Positions 63,035 through 64,000 of a stretch of DNA of 64,000 nt are shown here, in pieces. The translations under genes were made by a program, and so were the position numbers. The notes beneath the pieces are model-generated. The model was not told where the DNA came from. It was given only the letters and a program-made list of their open reading frames with translations, and did no database searches. This DNA is from a virus. Location: positions 120,543 through 184,542 of IMG/VR virus record IMGVR_UViG_3300011113_000747, one strand, 5' to 3'. Numbering within the stretch: position 1 is the first letter of the stretch; every line of letters begins with the position of its first letter.

Positions 63035-63068
63035 TTTATTGAATAAGGAAAGACGATATAATAATAGT

Positions 63069-63296
63069 ATGAATAACGAACTTACTACTTCGCTCGTCTG
63101 GGTCGTCACCACTCCTTCCGCTTACCGCCTCAGCCACCAGTGCTTCCTCGGATCTGGCCCCACCAAGACTGCAGCCCTGGAAGACGCCTTCGGGCCGAAG
63201 GATAGCTGGGGCAACAGCACCAAGAAGTCCATCCGCAACGCTGACGTCTACCAGGTGACCGAAGATGAATGCCGCGAGATGCAGATGCGCAGCTAA
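63069..63296 (+). CDS. GC-rich cassette ORF, hypothetical
   Basis: 39/60 and 36/60 G+C in lines 63121 and 63181; identical 30-bp flanks. Confidence 0.75.
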   Translation: MNNELTTSLVWVVTTPSAYRLSHQCFLGSGPTKTAALEDAFGPKDSWGNSTKKSIRNADVYQVTEDECREMQMRS

Positions 63297-63332
63297 ATAA
63301 ACCTTATTAAGGAAAGACGATATAATAATAGT

Positions 63333-63530
63333 ATGAAATATTCAACTGAAGACCGTATTGCTGATACCTTTATGGAAGCTCTCGATGACTTGAGCGATCA
63401 TAACCTTGAAGCGCTCCGTGAAGCGTTTGACTCTGGACCCATTACTGATCCTCGTAACCTTATTAAGATGCTGTTCCGGGAGGTGCTAGACCAGGTTCGT
63501 TATCGAGCGCAAGAAGGGGTTGATGCATAA
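63333..63530 (+). CDS. Cassette ORF, hypothetical
   Basis: Starts at a repeat ATG. Confidence 0.65.
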   Translation: MKYSTEDRIADTFMEALDDLSDHNLEALREAFDSGPITDPRNLIKMLFREVLDQVRYRAQEGVDA

Positions 63531-63584
63531 GGAAAGTTGTTATAATAAGAGAGTAATTTAACATCCAAAATCAAATTAGATATT

Positions 63585-63914
63585 ATGAAAGAAAAGTTTA
63601 CCGCAACGATGGTGTTCAACTCTGATAAGGAGCTTGTTCAGGGACTTCGAGATGGGTACGATCTTGGTGAGAAGGAGCTGATGGCTCTTGTTATCCAGAC
63701 CGCTCTCGATCACAAAGACACTCTGAGTACTCGAGTTGCTAACTATAAGGAAGCACTTGAAGCATCGAAGGCGGCAATTGCTAAGCAGAAGGCTGACGAA
63801 AAGGAACAGGCAAAGATTGAGCGTGCTGCTCTGCGTGAGGCTAAGAAAGCCGAGAAGGCCGCAGAGAAGGAGAAGGCTCTAGTTGCAGCAAAGAAAGGTA
63901 AGAAGAAGGCCTAA
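63585..63914 (+). CDS. Protein with a Lys/Ala-rich coiled-coil tail
   Basis: EAKKAEKAAEKEK...KKGKKKA. Confidence 0.65.
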   Translation: MKEKFTATMVFNSDKELVQGLRDGYDLGEKELMALVIQTALDHKDTLSTRVANYKEALEASKAAIAKQKADEKEQAKIERAALREAKKAEKAAEKEKALVAAKKGKKKA

Positions 63915-63941
63915 TAGGAAGCAATTGAAAGGATGTTAATA

Positions 63942-63976
63942 GAGGGGTGAGTGAATAGCTCACCCCTCCTCTCTTT
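63942..63976 (+). terminator. Probable terminator hairpin
   Basis: GAGGGGTGAG/CTCACCCCTC stem; weak pyrimidine tail. Confidence 0.7.
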
Positions 63977-64000
63977 ATAATAAGGAAAGTCGATATAATA

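Larger units (their letters stand above)
55963..64000 (+). repeat. Array of 19 promoter repeats, consensus TAAGGAAAnnnrATATAATAATAGTATG, each heading 1-3 small ORFs
   Basis: ATGs at 55989, 56266, 57361, 57736, 59275, 59589, 59812, 60416, 60759, 60978, 61275, 61495, 61856, 62049, 62595, 63069, 63333; further copies at ~63528 and ~63981. Confidence 0.92.

Noticed and set aside
59224-63068. ORF-track starts at 59224, 61384, 62559 and 63039 (likewise 26760, 39926, 48716, 51710)
   Set aside because: They run through an upstream promoter, terminator or gene; the promoter-adjacent or coupled ATG is the better start.
55963-63337. AAGGA in the repeat as a Shine-Dalgarno sequence
   Set aside because: It lies about 19 nt from the ATG with TATAAT in between, too far for a ribosome-binding site.
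55963-64000. Repeat array read as CRISPR
   Set aside because: The repeats are degenerate, non-palindromic and contain TATAAT+ATG; the intervening segments are ~190-1500-bp ORF-bearing stretches; no cas operon is present.
55963-64000. Integron with attC sites
   Set aside because: No attC-like inverted repeats or GTTRRRY cores flank the ORFs, and there is no tyrosine integrase in the window.
1-64000. Stop-codon reassignment
   Set aside because: Known genes are full length in the standard code and end in TAA, TGA or TAG; no suppressor tRNA is present.

Overview
A 64-kb, AT-rich segment of a large T4-like tailed phage genome in the standard genetic code. The host is probably diderm, since spanin and lipoprotein genes are present. 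Layout: (1) 1-23 kb is mostly late/virion genes (gp16-like terminase small subunit, gp25, gp6, other baseplate proteins, tail fibres, holin/spanins, Mn-type SOD), with dUTPase, gp44 clamp loader and a PD-(D/E)XK nuclease interspersed. (2) 23-30.6 kb holds rmlA, rmlB, an NRS/ER-type epimerase-reductase, a RadA/Sms-like ATPase, an amidase endolysin, PseT and a GIY-YIG homing endonuclease. (3) 30.6-64 kb is a co-oriented accessory region of small ORFs with two RNA ligases, two nucleotidyltransferases, phosphoesterases, a macrodomain, 3 tRNAs and 2 CCA-ended tRNA-like RNAs that lack a normal anticodon arm. Main observations: about 55 genes look leaderless, via AGGAAA-N5-TATAAT-N6-ATG or TAAATA-N5/6-ATG. 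The first motif forms a ~27-bp repeat that splits the last 8 kb into 19 promoter-delimited cassettes, one of them ~60% GC. A set of late proteins, including the SOD, carries T4 capsid-targeting-like leaders and prohead-protease-like sites. All calls come from reading motifs by eye; no database searches or folding programs were run.
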